Below the pieces are notes generated by a model. It was not told the origin of the DNA, did not search any database, and worked only from the letters and a program-made list of their open reading frames with translations. A DNA stretch of 63,318 nucleotides, counting the filler, from Jimgerdemannia flammicorona (taxonomy: Eukaryota): the NCBI GenBank assembly GCA_003990765.1. It is 3 parts of 3 records of this genome, joined end to end, with 100 filler letters (N's around TTAATTAATTAA, not from the genome) between each part and the next. Parts side by side here need not be neighbours in the genome. Positions count along the whole stretch, not along the records: positions 1 to 21,048 come from RBNJ01001544.1; positions 21,149 to 42,194 come from RBNJ01001545.1; 1 more part is not named here. The stretch is one strand, 5' to 3'. Position numbers and translations under genes: made by a program. Shown piece after piece: positions 14,401-27,449 of the stretch. Every line of letters starts with the position of its first letter. Position 1 is the stretch's first letter.

Positions 14401-17400
14401 ATTAGGATCAGATTCGCTTTCATTGTTCCAATCCTCAATGATGAACGAGAGCAAGCTATCAATCTCGGTGTACTCCTGGTTGTGAGCAAGTTGTAGTCAT
14501 TTCGCTAGGACACACCTAATCGACTTGACGTAAGAATCTTGTAATTCGCGATGATCTCGGGAAGAGCGTTGTACAATATGTACATTAATATTAATTTGAG
14601 AGACCAAACATTAATCAAAGGTGGATGGGTCGGATCGAATAAACTTCGAGGACCCATGGAATTGTATCGATTATGATATCCGATTTATGTATCGCCCGAA
14701 AAAGACAAATGTTATTGCTAATCAGTTAATTGGTAAGCTTTTTGGAATGTGTGAAGGAGCTCCATTGATTAATATTACTACATCCTTTCTTCTCTATTTC
14801 AACCTCATTCTTGATAGTTTCAACATCTCTAATTGTTTTGGTCGTGTTTTTCCTTTTATATCTGAGTTGTGTGTGTTTCGTGTGTCTGAGACATTGGTCC
14901 CTGAAAAATGAGAAATTAACTTACCACGCTAACAAACAATCTCAACAGATGAAACCGGAACGGACTTTGAAGGATGGACCCGCAAAATCATAAACGGTAT
15001 TATTTTAGTGCAACAATTCCGTGTTTGGCGATGGACAAAATGTGGCGCGGGCCGCATAATCACAAGCAACGGAATGACGGCGGCCGACTTAATGAATGGT
15101 GAGTTAAGGAATAATACTGTACTTGGAACTGAATCAAAGGCATTATCGCATTCGCAGATGCGTTATACTTTCCTCAGCATAATCTTAACTGTCAATAGTC
15201 AATCAAATTTGCCACGCAGGAATAATCTCATGATGTTTTCCGTTTCCGGCCCGTTGAAAATCGTAAAGCAGGGATATCGCCGCTCTGCACATACTCTGCG
15301 TTCCAAGGGAATAACAAATGCAGGCATACATGTTAAAGTAAATACTCGGACTGAACCGTGGGCTTATGCTGGCAATGACGGCATGTGGGAATGCGTTGGT
15401 GTTGGCCATTGATTTGTCGTTCTGGACTGTTAAGATTACATAATCATCTTAAAAGTGAGTACATGGGAATCGGAAAATTCGTCACAACCTGTATTCTGAC
15501 TGGATGGCTTGCGGAATTTATTTCCACGTTGGCTTGGTCCTCCGTCTCACGAACGTAATTCTTGATTGCACGCCCATTCTTCATATTACTTATTCACTGC
15601 AATAAATCGAAGAAAGCCACGCGTGCCCATCGATCTTGATGCTTAAATTTTATCATTGTCATAATCACTTGTGCCTGCACGTTTACGGATGCCATAACCC
15701 CGACACTCAATCACCTCCCGCTGCATTTCTATCATTTCAACCAGATTCTTGGCTTTCGGCCTGCTGAGCTTATCATTACGTATTAAGGCAGTCAGCTACA
15801 CCAACTGATCGACAACAGCCCATCCTTCTATCTTTGGACAACAGTGTACCCTATTCATTTTAATTCATGGTGATTTTGCATCAGATCAGAATTGGCGATT
15901 TATGACGTAAGAATACCCGGATTTGGTTCAGTCTAGCTCCAAGGAGACGAGATAAAGGTAAACATGCCACTGATACATATAGAGCGCACAATGCCGCGCA
16001 GCACGTCCTCGTGTGGGTACGGAGCTAACCGATAAAAGAAACCTCTCTGGTTCAACCTTCAGTTATGGTTGATCTGAAAAATCCTCGTGATTTGGTGAGA
16101 TGGATCCTCCTACAAAAGGAAGGTGTCGTGTCGCCTTTGTCCAATTGTACCGTGGCTTATGATATAAGGGGATCTCGTCGACCGTTCGGGTCGCCAATTA
16201 TCATCTTCAGTACGCGTACCGGAATAGTGCATTTCCCGTGGGTCATTGCCGAGGCGTATTATATGTCACATGTATATCTCGCTCGACTTATGCGCTTCCG
16301 ATCACGACCTCTTACCAGCACATTTCAAAAGTCTGAGTACGTCTTTTCCGTTACATTTCAATTCCCCAAATAACCCGTCTACCGTTTTATTCAAAGGCAA
16401 TGAGGTCGACTCCACACGCATAGAAGACCCAATAATTGGGATGCGTCGTGTGTGTTGAAGCACAATGCCACGGAGCAAAACGGGTTCGCTGTGGGCTCTC
16501 GGCCCATCGGATGCTCGAATGGCTAACCAACAGTAAAATAAACAAATAAAAGGAATAAACCACTAAGCCTAAAAATATTGAATTCCGGAGCAAAAATACA
16601 TATGAAAACTATTTTTACTTAATTTCGAAGATCTCTGCCACGATGATGTTCGCATGCACGAATTCTGAAAAGAACCTCGCCTTCTTGTGTAAGCCGCGCC
16701 ATAAACAATCATATATGTCGGAGATTTAAACTCTCATCATCATCGCCAAATGTAATCCCCTGTAAAACACTGCGGATCGCACGATCTCCGGAGAGACTTT
16801 GTAACATCTCTTTACCGATTGGTCATTGATGGCGTTTTTAAAACTTGGGATTGTACGTCATATTTGGTTAGAATTTCAATCGGTTGAAAAGGAATACAAT
16901 TTTACAGGTGCGAAGCTAACCTCGTACCTTCACATTTTATGCATGTGATCGAGGTAAGTACCCGGTCGTTCATAGCGAGAATGGCTTTCCCAAACAGTAC
17001 AAACACATTAAAGTTTGTATTTGAAATTAAACCCGAATGTATCCGTTGATTTCGCTCACAAGATAAACTTTCGTCAATGATTGGCGACCATATTGACATT
17101 TTCTCCATATTTAAGTTATCTATAGTTACAAAACTATTATAAGAGCTGGCTTAGTAGGATTTTTTCTCATAACCTGGATTTCGGATATTCTCGAATTTCT
17201 GATAGCTACCATTAGGTAATTCAAAAAGTGACCATGGCATTCAATCCGCGCCCTTATTCTTTCCCGTACTATTTTTTCTTTTATTCTTTAACACACATAC
17301 TTGGGTGTCAATCCGGTTATCGTATTGTTCATTGGCCTATTAATATACTTTGAGAACGTCAGTTTGGTGCCTTTAAGGTTTATTACGGGATCCTGCATGC

Positions 17401-17707
17401 ATTCATTTATGACCTATCTTGACATAAGAAAAAATACAAAACATTAAGATGGATTTTAGGCGACTTGCTTTGATAACCAGGATAGGGGTAAAAATAACGA
17501 GGACCGTTAGCGACGGAGCACTATACATGTGACCTTGTTTAGCTTGATGTGCGTCAGGCAGGTAAATGCTTTTCGGATGATATATTCTTCTGTATCTCGT
17601 TGGTATTATTATTATGGGTCTCTTAAGATGCTCTCGTTGTTAATGCCATTTTTCGTAAAAAATTATATTTCTCCGGAAAGTGAATAAATTCATAAATGCA
17701 TAACAAG

Positions 17708-17710
<3 letters not shown>

Positions 17711-17748
<38 letters not shown>
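17711..17748 (+). repeat. poly(A) tract followed by (TAAA)n at ~17788-17820
   Basis: A run of ~38 A, with AATAAA ~28 nt upstream. No TSD found. Confidence 0.7.
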
Positions 17749-17750
<2 letters not shown>

Positions 17751-18559
17751 TGAAATCGAAGTCCAGCCCGCTCCAAGAACCAACAACAAATAAATAAATA
17801 ATAAATAAATAAATAAATACAAGAAAATCTAATAGTTATTCAAATTAATCAGCTATATATAATTAATGAAATTCTTAATAATTAATATAAAGATAATGAA
17901 AATAAGATATCTAAGTTTTCTTTTTATTTTTCTAATTTTAATTAAGTATTATATATGTATATCTCTTTCTGATAATTGAAATATCAAGCAATGTAATTAT
18001 TTCTTCTTTGATAAAATTTAATATTACTAAATAATTTATTCTAAATATAGCTATCTAAACTTATTTATTTATTTATTTATTTAATATTTAAAGATAATAG
18101 ATAGATATTATAATAAAACTATATACTAATAGAATTAATATATTGCAGATAATCTAGATAGACTATTAGCTCTAGGTTCTGAGTTCTTATAAGGAAGTGC
18201 TAAGTTCTAAATATCTATTACTGAGATATAGTCCAAGTATCAATTTCAGAGTCTTATATCAAATAGAGGTACTATATTTGTATCCCAAGTTTATCAGGCT
18301 TGGAATCATTAATAAGTTGGATCTGAGAGTTTTTTTTGATAAGAATACTTCTTTATTCTTAAGAGGAGAAAGTAGAGCTGAGATTACAATACACTCAGTA
18401 TAGAGGATATTTATACAAGTTAAGACTATAACTAATAGTACACTAGGTATATCAATATTCAGTTATACTATATATGATATATATATAACTACTATATTGG
18501 ATTTATTGTTATTATTATTATTATTATTATTATTGAGTACAAGACTTCTTTATTAACTA

Positions 18560-19930
18560 ATTTATAATATATATATAATTCTTATATTATACTGATAGCT
18601 ATATCTTAACTTCTTTCTACTTTATCTTAATACTCACTCTTCTCTTTTCTCTCATATATCTCTTCTACTAGTTACCTATAGTGATCTCTCTAAGGACTTC
18701 ATCTCTTTCACTAACTTAATAGAATATCATCTAGCCAATCTTATTTATATTACTAATACCTACTCAACCATAAGCCACTCATTGCTAATACTCTCTATCT
18801 ATCTCTCTCTCAGATCATTCTATCTTTTTATATCTCTATTAACTATAGTATTAGAATAATAACTCAATATATATTAGTAAATGACTTATACTATCTTATT
18901 AATTTTATATTATTTATCAGTAATATATAAAATATATAACCTATTATAAGTTCAATAAAATTGCCCTCTTTTGTAATACTATTAAACATTAATAGATCTC
19001 TATTGAACTGCTTTCTATCAATATATAAATTTCTGAAAGCCTAGATCTAAATAAAGCCCAATAATATCTTAGAAGAATTCAATACTTTCAAGCATTCTAC
19101 TACTAATAAGAATTGAAGAAATACTACAAAATAGTATAAATTATCTATTAATAGGTCACTTTTAGTAAGGTTAAATAACTATTCTATCTTTTTATCAATA
19201 ACCACACTTATATTATTATAAAGAAACTATATATTCTTTTTTATATATAAGTCTAAGTCTTCAACTACCTTTACAGAATATCTCCTAAAAATATTATTAA
19301 TCTGACTAATGAATATTAGAATAATATCACCTTTTAAGTAGTTTAGTATATAGTTTTTCAGTTTAATAAATATTTGAAGTTTAGTATAAAATCAAATAAA
19401 TAGGTTTAGATAAAGAAGAGAAGGATGTAATAGTTTATTATATAACAATAAGTCACTGGTAATTCTAATGGAATTTCTAAAGAAAATTTCAATATAGCAA
19501 TAAGTAGCTTATAGTTAAGTAGATATTAGTAATATGAGTAGAGTTAACTAGATACTGGCAGTATATATTTGAGAATAGATAGTAAATATTATTGGGAGAG
19601 AGAGTAACAAAATAGAAGAGATTAATGGTAACTAGTAGTATATATTTGAGAATAGGCAATAGATATTATTGAGAGAGAGGGTAGCAAAGTAAGAGAAGTT
19701 AATAGTGAACATTCTATCTAATTAGTAGAAGAGATGAGACCTCTAGAGAGATCACTATAGATAATTAGTAGAAAGGATATATAAGAAAAGTAAAAGATAG
19801 ATTATAGTAGTCAGCAACTTAGTGATATTTCAGAAAAAAAGTAGAGAGGAGAGAGTAAGTATTAGAATAGAGTAGAGAGAAATTGGGTATAGCTACTGAT
19901 ATAGTATGAGAACTATATACATATATTATA
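18560..19930. mobile_element. Degraded element with long inverted arms (foldback/MITE-like relic)
   Basis: The reverse complement of ~18580-18730 (AGAGATGAAGTCCTTAGAGAGATCACTATAGGTAACTAGTAGAA) matches ~19708-19920 (AGAGATGAGACCTCTAGAGAGATCACTATAGATAATTAGTAGAA). A ~75-bp tandem pair lies at ~19550-19705. Confidence 0.55.
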
Positions 19931-19962
19931 GATTAGTTATAGAGAAGCTTAGTGCTCAATGG

Positions 19963-20023
<61 letters not shown>
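19963..20023 (+). repeat. poly(A) tract (~60 nt)
   Basis: Homopolymer run. Confidence 0.85.
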
Positions 20024-20026
<3 letters not shown>

Positions 20027-20399
20027 CAATACTCTTACTCAACAAGATATATAACTCAAAAAGAATACAAACTAGAATAAAAAGTAATATATAATATATA
20101 AAAAACTAGAACTATATATAACTCAAAATTACAACTATCTAGAAATTTTTATAGATTAAAAAGTATTCTGAAATATCTAAAATATTTACTTATAGATGAG
20201 AGATGTGAATATAATACTCATAGAAATGCAATAAATATATAGAATAGAATATATATATATTAATTAATAACTACAAGAACTAAATACTAAGTTAAAGAAC
20301 TACTTATACCTATTTAAAGCATAGAAAGCTTAGTGAAAAATACAAAATATAAATGTTAAAAATAGTAAGAATATAAGATATATAGTATACTTAACTATT

Positions 20400-20731
20400 A
20401 CTCATAAGATCTATTTCTTGAATACATAGCTTAAACTTAGACTTTGGAAGGGCTTTTATGAGTGAATCTGCAATCATACACTCTAATATATTTCAAGTAT
20501 ATATATATATACTTCTATACTCTATATATTTCTATATAAAATGATAAAATATATTGATATATTTATTTTACTATAATATATAAGGTTTTTTTGTAAGAGC
20601 AATTGTTTATTAATTATCTTGCTTAATTAGTATAGAGTTCTTATGAGTAAAGCCAATCTCTTTTAACAATTTGTAGAGCTATATAATCTCCTTTATTACT
20701 AATAATAATATCTGATATTTAGTCTATATAG
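20400..20731 (-). mobile_element. Ty1/Copia RNase H remnant
   Basis: Minus strand reads MIADSLIKALPKSKF (~20475-20432), versus MVADLLTKALPKAKF at 57426. Interrupted at 20732 by a Gypsy LTR. Confidence 0.75.
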
Positions 20732-21048
20732 TGTGACGGTACAGCCGAATTTGGAAGAAGGAAATAGGGAATAGACACTTGATCGCACCCATTCCCAAAG
20801 TAGTATAGCCTTATAGTTAGCAGTCCTCGATTTCGACATTGTCTAATTTCTTAGACATTATCCAAATCGAATACCCCGATTTAGCATAGCATTTAGACAT
20901 TGTCTAAATGTTTCGATAAAGTCCAAATGACTCATTTATTACTTAGCCACCCTCTCATAGCTAGCAAACTTGTATAAATAACCCAGTATCTTCGAGTGAA
21001 TAAACCTCAGATCGAAATAGTTCAAAAGCAAAGAGATAGCAAAGGAAC
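20732..21048 (+). repeat. Young LTR related to Gypsy-1 (partial, runs into gap)
   Basis: Starts TGTGACGG, retains many CpG, carries TATAAATA and AATAAA, and is homologous to 3647-3990. Confidence 0.8.
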
Positions 21049-21148
21049 NNNNNNNNNNNNNNNNNNNNNNNNNNNNNNNNNNNNNNNNNNNNTTAATTAA
21101 TTAANNNNNNNNNNNNNNNNNNNNNNNNNNNNNNNNNNNNNNNNNNNN
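21049..21148. other. Assembly gap with artificial six-frame-stop linker
   Basis: N44-TTAATTAATTAA-N44, exactly 100 bp. Confidence 0.97.
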
Positions 21149-21173
21149 AAAAAAAAAAAAAAAAAAAAAAAAG

Positions 21174-24100
21174 TTGACAGGGGGAGGGGTCAGGTGATGA
21201 GTCAGGTGATGGGTCAGTGCCTGGCAGGAGACAGGGGTCTGGTGGTGTGATACTGGGGACTGGTTCTTCTGTGGCTGGGCAGGTAGCTGGGGAGAGGATG
21301 GCTGGGGAGAGGATGGCTGGTGGCACAGCTGTGTCTGGTGAAATGACTACAGATGTTTTAGGGACCAAAGAAAAGGTGACTCTGGCAGCAGAGACAGGTG
21401 AGTTGGTGGTGAGGCCTTTCTTCCACAAATCGGTTTCAATATGGGTAATCTCAGTGAACTTCCTGGGATTAGTGATATCAGTGAGAGAGGTTCTGAGGCT
21501 GGTGGGAGAGGAAGTGGCTGGGGTGGAATCTCTGAAGTTCATCCCTTCAGCAGAGGCTGTGGAGATTAGATTTGTGGAGGAGGATGCAATGGTGAAGGCA
21601 CTGGAGAAAGGGATGATAGTCAGAGGTATTCAGATTGAGATGGCAAGGTATCTGAGGTGGGATCCATGTGCTGTTTGGCTGGTGGTGGAAGGATTGCCAA
21701 CTCTAGGCAGACAGGAGACCAAGGAGATGATGGTAGAGACACTGGGTGGATATGGTGAGATAGTGGACTTCAGGTTCATGTTCTGGGAGAGCACCAAGTT
21801 GAGGAATGGCAACTGCGAGATAATGCTGCAACTGGAAGGCAAGGAGGCAACTGGGCTGAGACATGACTGGCCTGAGGGAATTAGAATTGGGGGGCAAGAG
21901 TGCAAGGTGTGGAGGAGAAAGAGAGTGAAACAAGAGGAGGAAGAGTTAGCGATTGCTCTGGAGGAGAGAGAGGCTGCCAAGGAGCTGCGAAAGAGGAAGT
22001 GGGAGGAGTATGCCAAGGATTGGGTCTGAATCCAGGCAGATGGCAAGCAGAAGAGGTGGAGGAAAGAGAACTGGGAATGTCTGCAAGTGACCCTTCAAGG
22101 GGCAGCAGTGGAAGAGGAGGCTAGAGTAGAGACAGCCAAGAATCAGATGGAAGGAGTGGAGGCAGTGGAGGTGTCCTTCTCCCAGCTGGGTGGTGTAGAG
22201 AATTCAGTACATACACCAGTGAGAGGAACGTGGGTGGATAAGGAGGAGGTTGGTGAAGGAGGCTTTGAGGTTAATAATGAAGTGATGCCGAAGACTCAGA
22301 TAGAGGATACCCATATGGCTGGGGCAGTGAATGTCCATTGGGAGTGCCCAGAAGCTGGGGAGGTAGTTCATTTGGAGAAAGTGGTGGAGGAGGATGAGCT
22401 GGTGGATGTAGCTTCTGATGTGTCAGCAGATAGGGAGCAACTACAAGAGCTGAGCAGGACCCCCAGGCCCTCGACTCCTGGGCCCCTGGTGATGATGGCA
22501 GAGAGCTGGTATCAGGTGGTGCTTGAGGAGCTGACAGAGGAAGACATCAAGGAAGTGGATGTGTTTCATGGATCTTAGGAGGCATGGGAAGGATTTCTCA
22601 ATGTAGCAATACAGGGGTCTAAGCTGGTGACAGCGATGATAGCCACCCTTCTGGATGATGAAGAATATGAGGTTGATGAGAGCAGGATGGCCAACATCAG
22701 GAAGGTGGCAGCAGAAAGAGTGGACCTTTTCTGCAGCAGTACAAATGAGGATCAAATCTGGAGGGCAATTTGTGAGGACCAGCATGAGATCATTAGAGGA
22801 AGGGCTGAGAAGGTGGTGGTGGTCACAGCTGAGCTTTAAACAATTTTCTTAATATTGATGAACAATCTACATATTTTATTGATCAATGTCAATGGATTGC
22901 AGGATGGTGTTAAAAGATGGTGGCTTTTCAGATGGCTTAAAGTCAGGTGGTATGATGTGGTATTTCTTCAGGATGTTTGGGCTTATGGAGAGTCCGACTA
23001 TGAGATATGGAGTAAAGAATGGTATGGTGGAGCAGGCTGGAATAAGCAGGTTGGCATCTTGGTTGGTGTAGGCAAAGGCGAGCTGGTGGAGGTAGAGATC
23101 TATGGTGACAGATTGATTTGGGGAAGACTAAAAGGAGGGGCAGGTGATAGATTGATAGTTGGCTCAGTTTACCTCTCTGCAGTTGGCAGATAGTGAAAGC
23201 AATGGGTTGAGAGATGGCAGGCATGGGATGGTCGGGAGGTAATTGCTTTGGACATTCTGAGGGAGGACTTCAATATGGTATGTGATTGAATACTGGATAG
23301 GTCTGATGGTGGGGCAGGAGTCATAGTATCCTCTGGACTTTCTCAATGGCTTCAGGTGGAAAGTGACATGGGTTTGATAGATGGCATTCACCAACGACAG
23401 AGGGATAAGTTGGGACCTTTCACCCAGTGGTATCTGGTTGGAACAGTACTGGTTGGGATATGAATAGATTGAGTACTAGTGGCAGAGTGCTGAGGCAATT
23501 TACTGGATACTGCCAAGGTACACTGGTGCCCTTGGTCTGATTACTGGAGAGTGGAGGTTTGCAGTAGATTCCAAGCAGTAGGCAGTGGTAGAGGGTGCTA
23601 GTGCCTCAATATAGCCTTACTCAAGAGGAAGAAGGAGAGGGACAATTTTGTGATGGTTATGAGACAGAAAGTTGTGTGTTGGCAGAATGAAGGGCAGTTG
23701 ATAGTAGAATGGTGGAGTAAATTCAAACATTTGGCTGGTGTGTATTGGTATGATGTTGGAGAAGTAGCTGGGAAGGAACAGAAGGATAAGGAAAGAAGAG
23801 TAGAGAAGAGGCTGAGATGGTGATTGAAGCTTTTGGAAGGGGGGAACTTGTTAGGAGAGGTATGCCACTGATTGGCATCAGAGGTAGTAGAGCTGTAAGC
23901 AGAATTAAGAGTGTCTGAGACCAGAGTGGTAGATGGCCTGCTGGCCAGACTGTGAGCTAGATGGTTGGAAGAAGGAGAGAGGCCGACATGATATCTGTCT
24001 AGTGTTTTGAAGGCTAGAAGAGTACGACATAGTTGGGCCTCAGTATTGTGCAAAGATGGGGTGGAGGTCTCTGGGATTGCTGACATGTTAGGGGAGGTGT

Positions 24101-27100
24101 CCAGTCAGTGGCAAGCTCTTTGGTAGGATGGCAGAGAGCATGCTGAGGATGCCAGGCTTGGGGAGGACAACAACAATATGGTGACCAATTGGCCAGTGAT
24201 AGCGATACCCGAGATAGGAGAGGTGGTCATGGGGGAGGTGTCCCTAGATGAAGTATTAGAAGTACTGAGGAAGATACAGACTGGTTCATCTCCTGGGGAG
24301 GATGGATTGCCCTGGGAATTCTGGAAAGAGTTCAAGACAGAGTTTGGTGACTGGTTGGTGGAGATGGCTAATGCTGTTCTGAAGGAGAGTAGTTGGATTG
24401 GCAATAGTTTCTTGGGGCTAGTTTCTCTTCTATATAAGGAAAAAGGAGATCAATGAGTGTGGCATAATTGGTGACCTATCATGCTGCTGAATGTGGACAG
24501 AAAGTTGGGGTCAAAGATTCTAGTAGAGCAGATGCAGCAGTATGTTGGTGCACTAGTTGGAGAAGAGCAGCGGGGCTTTGTCAAGGGGAGGCAGATCAGA
24601 GATAGTACTGCTTAGGTACAGAATGTCTTAGAGGGCTATAGGAGCTGGCAGGTGGATGGCCAGATGGTCTTTCGGGATCAAGAGAAGGCCTATGACAGAG
24701 TATGGTGGAGCTACCTGGAGGCTGTTCTGAGGAGGGCAGAGTTCGGTATAGTAGAGGTAGAGCAATTGATGGGCTTGGTATGGGGATGCCGAGCAGCAGT
24801 AATGATGAATGGATGGTGTGGACCAGAGTTTGCCTTGGGGCGAGGGGTGCTACAGGGGGATCCTCTCTCCCCCCTTCTCTATGTGCTTTCTCTAGAGTCT
24901 TTGCTGGTGTAGCTGAAGGGGCAGCTTTCTGGACTACAGATGGGAGATGTGGTCTGACAGTTGGGCACTTTTGCAGATAACATAGTGGTAGGATTGGGTA
25001 GTAGGGAGGATGTCGAAGTCCTATAGGAAGGAGTTGGACAGTATGAGAGGCTGGCTGGGGCAAAGTTGAATTGGAACAAGTGTGAGACAATGGAACTTGG
25101 TATCGGCCTGGGGGGACATGGGCAGTTCAGACAATTGGTTGCCACAAGGAGTGCTGTCTGGTATCTGAGTATCTGGTTCTCAGTATATGGGATGGTCCTG
25201 CCAAAGGAGTGGTGGTGTGGATTGATTCAGAAACTGGAAGGTATACTGACAGATTGGTCAGAGAGAAGCTTCTCCTTGGTGGGCAGGATAGTGGTCTTGA
25301 GCAGCAGTTATGATGAATGGATGGAGTGGCCCAGAGTTTGCTTTGGGACACAGTGTACCACAGGGGGATCCTCTCTCCTCCCTCCTTTACATACTCTCTC
25401 TGGAGCCATTGCTGGTATGGCTGAAGGGGTAACTTTCTGGACTGTAAATGGGTGGTATAGTATGGCAACTGGGTGCATTCACAGATAATATAGTGGTTGG
25501 GTTGGGTAGCATAGAAGATGTGGACCTCTTGCAGGAAGGGGTTGAATAGTATGAGAGACTGATAGGGACAAAACTGAACTAGAGCAAGTGTGAGACAATG
25601 GAACTTGGTGCTGGTCTGGGGGAACATGGATAATTTGGACAATTGGTGGCTACTGGTAGTACTGTTCATTATTTTGGTATTTGGTTCTCAATATATGAGA
25701 CAGTCCTGCTGAAGGAGTGGTGGAGTGGCACAATTCAGAAGTTGGAAGGTGCTTTGACTAGTTGGTCTGAGAGGAGTTTCTCCTTGATAGGCAGGATTGT
25801 GATCTTGAATGTATATAGGCTGTCTAAATTATGGTATCTAGGGTATCACTTGGACTTTCTAGGATGGATTGTGCAGTAGCTGAAGAAGATTGTAGAAGGT
25901 AGGTTATAGTGTAGGAAATGGCCACAGATTGGGTGGAATACACTAGTGATGCAGACAATTGATGGCGGCCTGGGGTTGGTGAACTTCAGGTGATGGCTGA
26001 GAGTACTTGGGGGTTGGTGGAGGTGTTGATTGGTGGAGATATATAGGAGAAGGGAGTTAGGGCAGGCTGGTGATAGACAATTGGGAGATTTGGTTCTGCC
26101 CCTATGGTGAGGTTTGGAAGGATATGCAGGATTTGCTTTAGGTTGGAAATATCAGTTGACTGTGGTATAAGGGATTCAGGAGGGGCATGGTGGAGGTCTG
26201 GCTGGCCATGGGGTTGGTAGGGCTGGAGATGGAGGATAGTGAGAATCCTGAGCAGAGATGGTAGCGATTGGGGGACCTCTGTATTGGTGGTCATGGTCTG
26301 AAGGAGTATTTATTGGTTGAGATGATGGAGTGGATCAGGTCTGGCCCTCTGGCGAGATAGCCAGTAGGTTGGCAGAAGACTGGATTGGGTGAAGGCTGGG
26401 AGTGGGGCTGAATCTGGAGTTGGGGAGATACCTTGCTCAAGGTGGTACCCCCTAAGTACTGGGTTGTTTGGTGGTGCTTCTTAAGGAGGAATGTGATGCT
26501 GGAGTATTGGATAGGATGGATGGAGATAGATGGCTGTCAGGACTGTGAGTGGTGTAGTGAGGTAGATGGTGGAGTGGTTCAATTGCCAGAGTATGTTCTG
26601 GCAGTCTGTCCTGGTATAGAAGGGTTCTGGCAATGCTTGGAAGATTACTGGCACTCAGCTGGTAGAAGGACTAGAGATCCTATCAGTCTGGTGGTCAAGC
26701 ACTAGCTGGTGGGGGAAATAGGAGATATCTGGGGAGGACTAAGTCATGTTCTGGGGGTCTGGGTCCTGATGGCAGTACACTGGAGATGGGTGTTTGAGTG
26801 AGACCCATGGTTAGCATTTCCTCCTGAAACTGACCAATATGGAGATAAATATGACTGAGAGCAAGGTGACTGAGAGCAAGGTGACTGAGATCAAGGTGAC
26901 TGTGACCAAGACTGAGGCCAAGGTGGCTACAGCCAAGACTGAGGCCAAGGAGGAGATGAATTATTTCATTTGGTTCAGTGGACTAAGAGATGATGAACAT
27001 TGTGGTGCAGTGGAAACATTGCCTGAATTTATCACCTTTATGGTTCAATGGTTGGACAGCATATCCCACTTCATCAGGATAAAGAAGATGGCCAATATTG

Positions 27101-27414
27101 GTGAATTGTTGCACATGCTTGAGATGTAGCATAATCCAAAAGGTAAAGATTTCATTCTGAAGAGGAAGGACAATGACAAACTTATCCCAATAGATGTCAA
27201 TGATGAGAGCATCACTCTGGAGAAACTTGAAGTCACTCTACAGTAGATCCTTGTTATGGAGCTGGATCTAGAATCTTGAGGTCCCATGTACAGCCGAGGT
27301 GCATCAGTGATCATGTATCAAAATAAATTGTATGCTGTATGGTCGGTTGACCTGGCTTATCAGATAAAAAAAAAAGAGACCCATAGTTAGAGATTGGTGA
27401 GCTGGTGGAGTGAT
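21174..27414 (+). mobile_element. L1/Tx1-type LINE, inactivated (ORF1 to ~22838; ORF2 from ~22858: APE endonuclease, RT, C-terminal Cys motif)
   Basis: Motifs: ILLINVNGLQ..YDVVFLQD, GDFNMV, WSDY(H), SPGEDGLPWEFWK, DQEKAYDRVWW, GVLQGDPLSPLLY, FADN, CQDCEWC..VCP. Many TGA/TAG stops. Preceded by a poly(A) tail (21149-21173) from another insertion. Confidence 0.92.
26815..27375 (+). pseudogene. Processed retrocopy of an unknown mRNA, inserted in the LINE
   Basis: 15-bp TSD GAGACCCAT(G/A)GTTAG at 26800-26814 and 27376-27390. AATAAA at 27322 and A10 at 27366-27375. ORF 26839-27279 has two TAG (<CAG) interruptions. Confidence 0.85.
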
Positions 27415-27449
27415 AGAAGAGGAGGAAGAAGGCCCAGCAGGAGCCAGGG

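Larger units (their letters stand above)
6350..17780. other. Non-repetitive, CpG-retaining island
   Basis: Abrupt switch from CpG-free, AT-rich DNA to balanced composition with frequent CG at ~6365, and back at ~17780. Confidence 0.85.

Noticed and set aside
14621..16593. ORFs of 60-134 aa in the right part of the island
   Set aside because: No recognisable domains, many have non-ATG starts, and lengths are as expected by chance.
17640..17748. AATAAA plus A38 as the tail of a retroposed insert
   Set aside because: No TSD or element body identified. Kept only as a homopolymer.
21093..21104. TTAATTAATTAA palindrome inside N runs (also 42239-42250)
   Set aside because: Artificial six-frame-stop contig linker, not biological.
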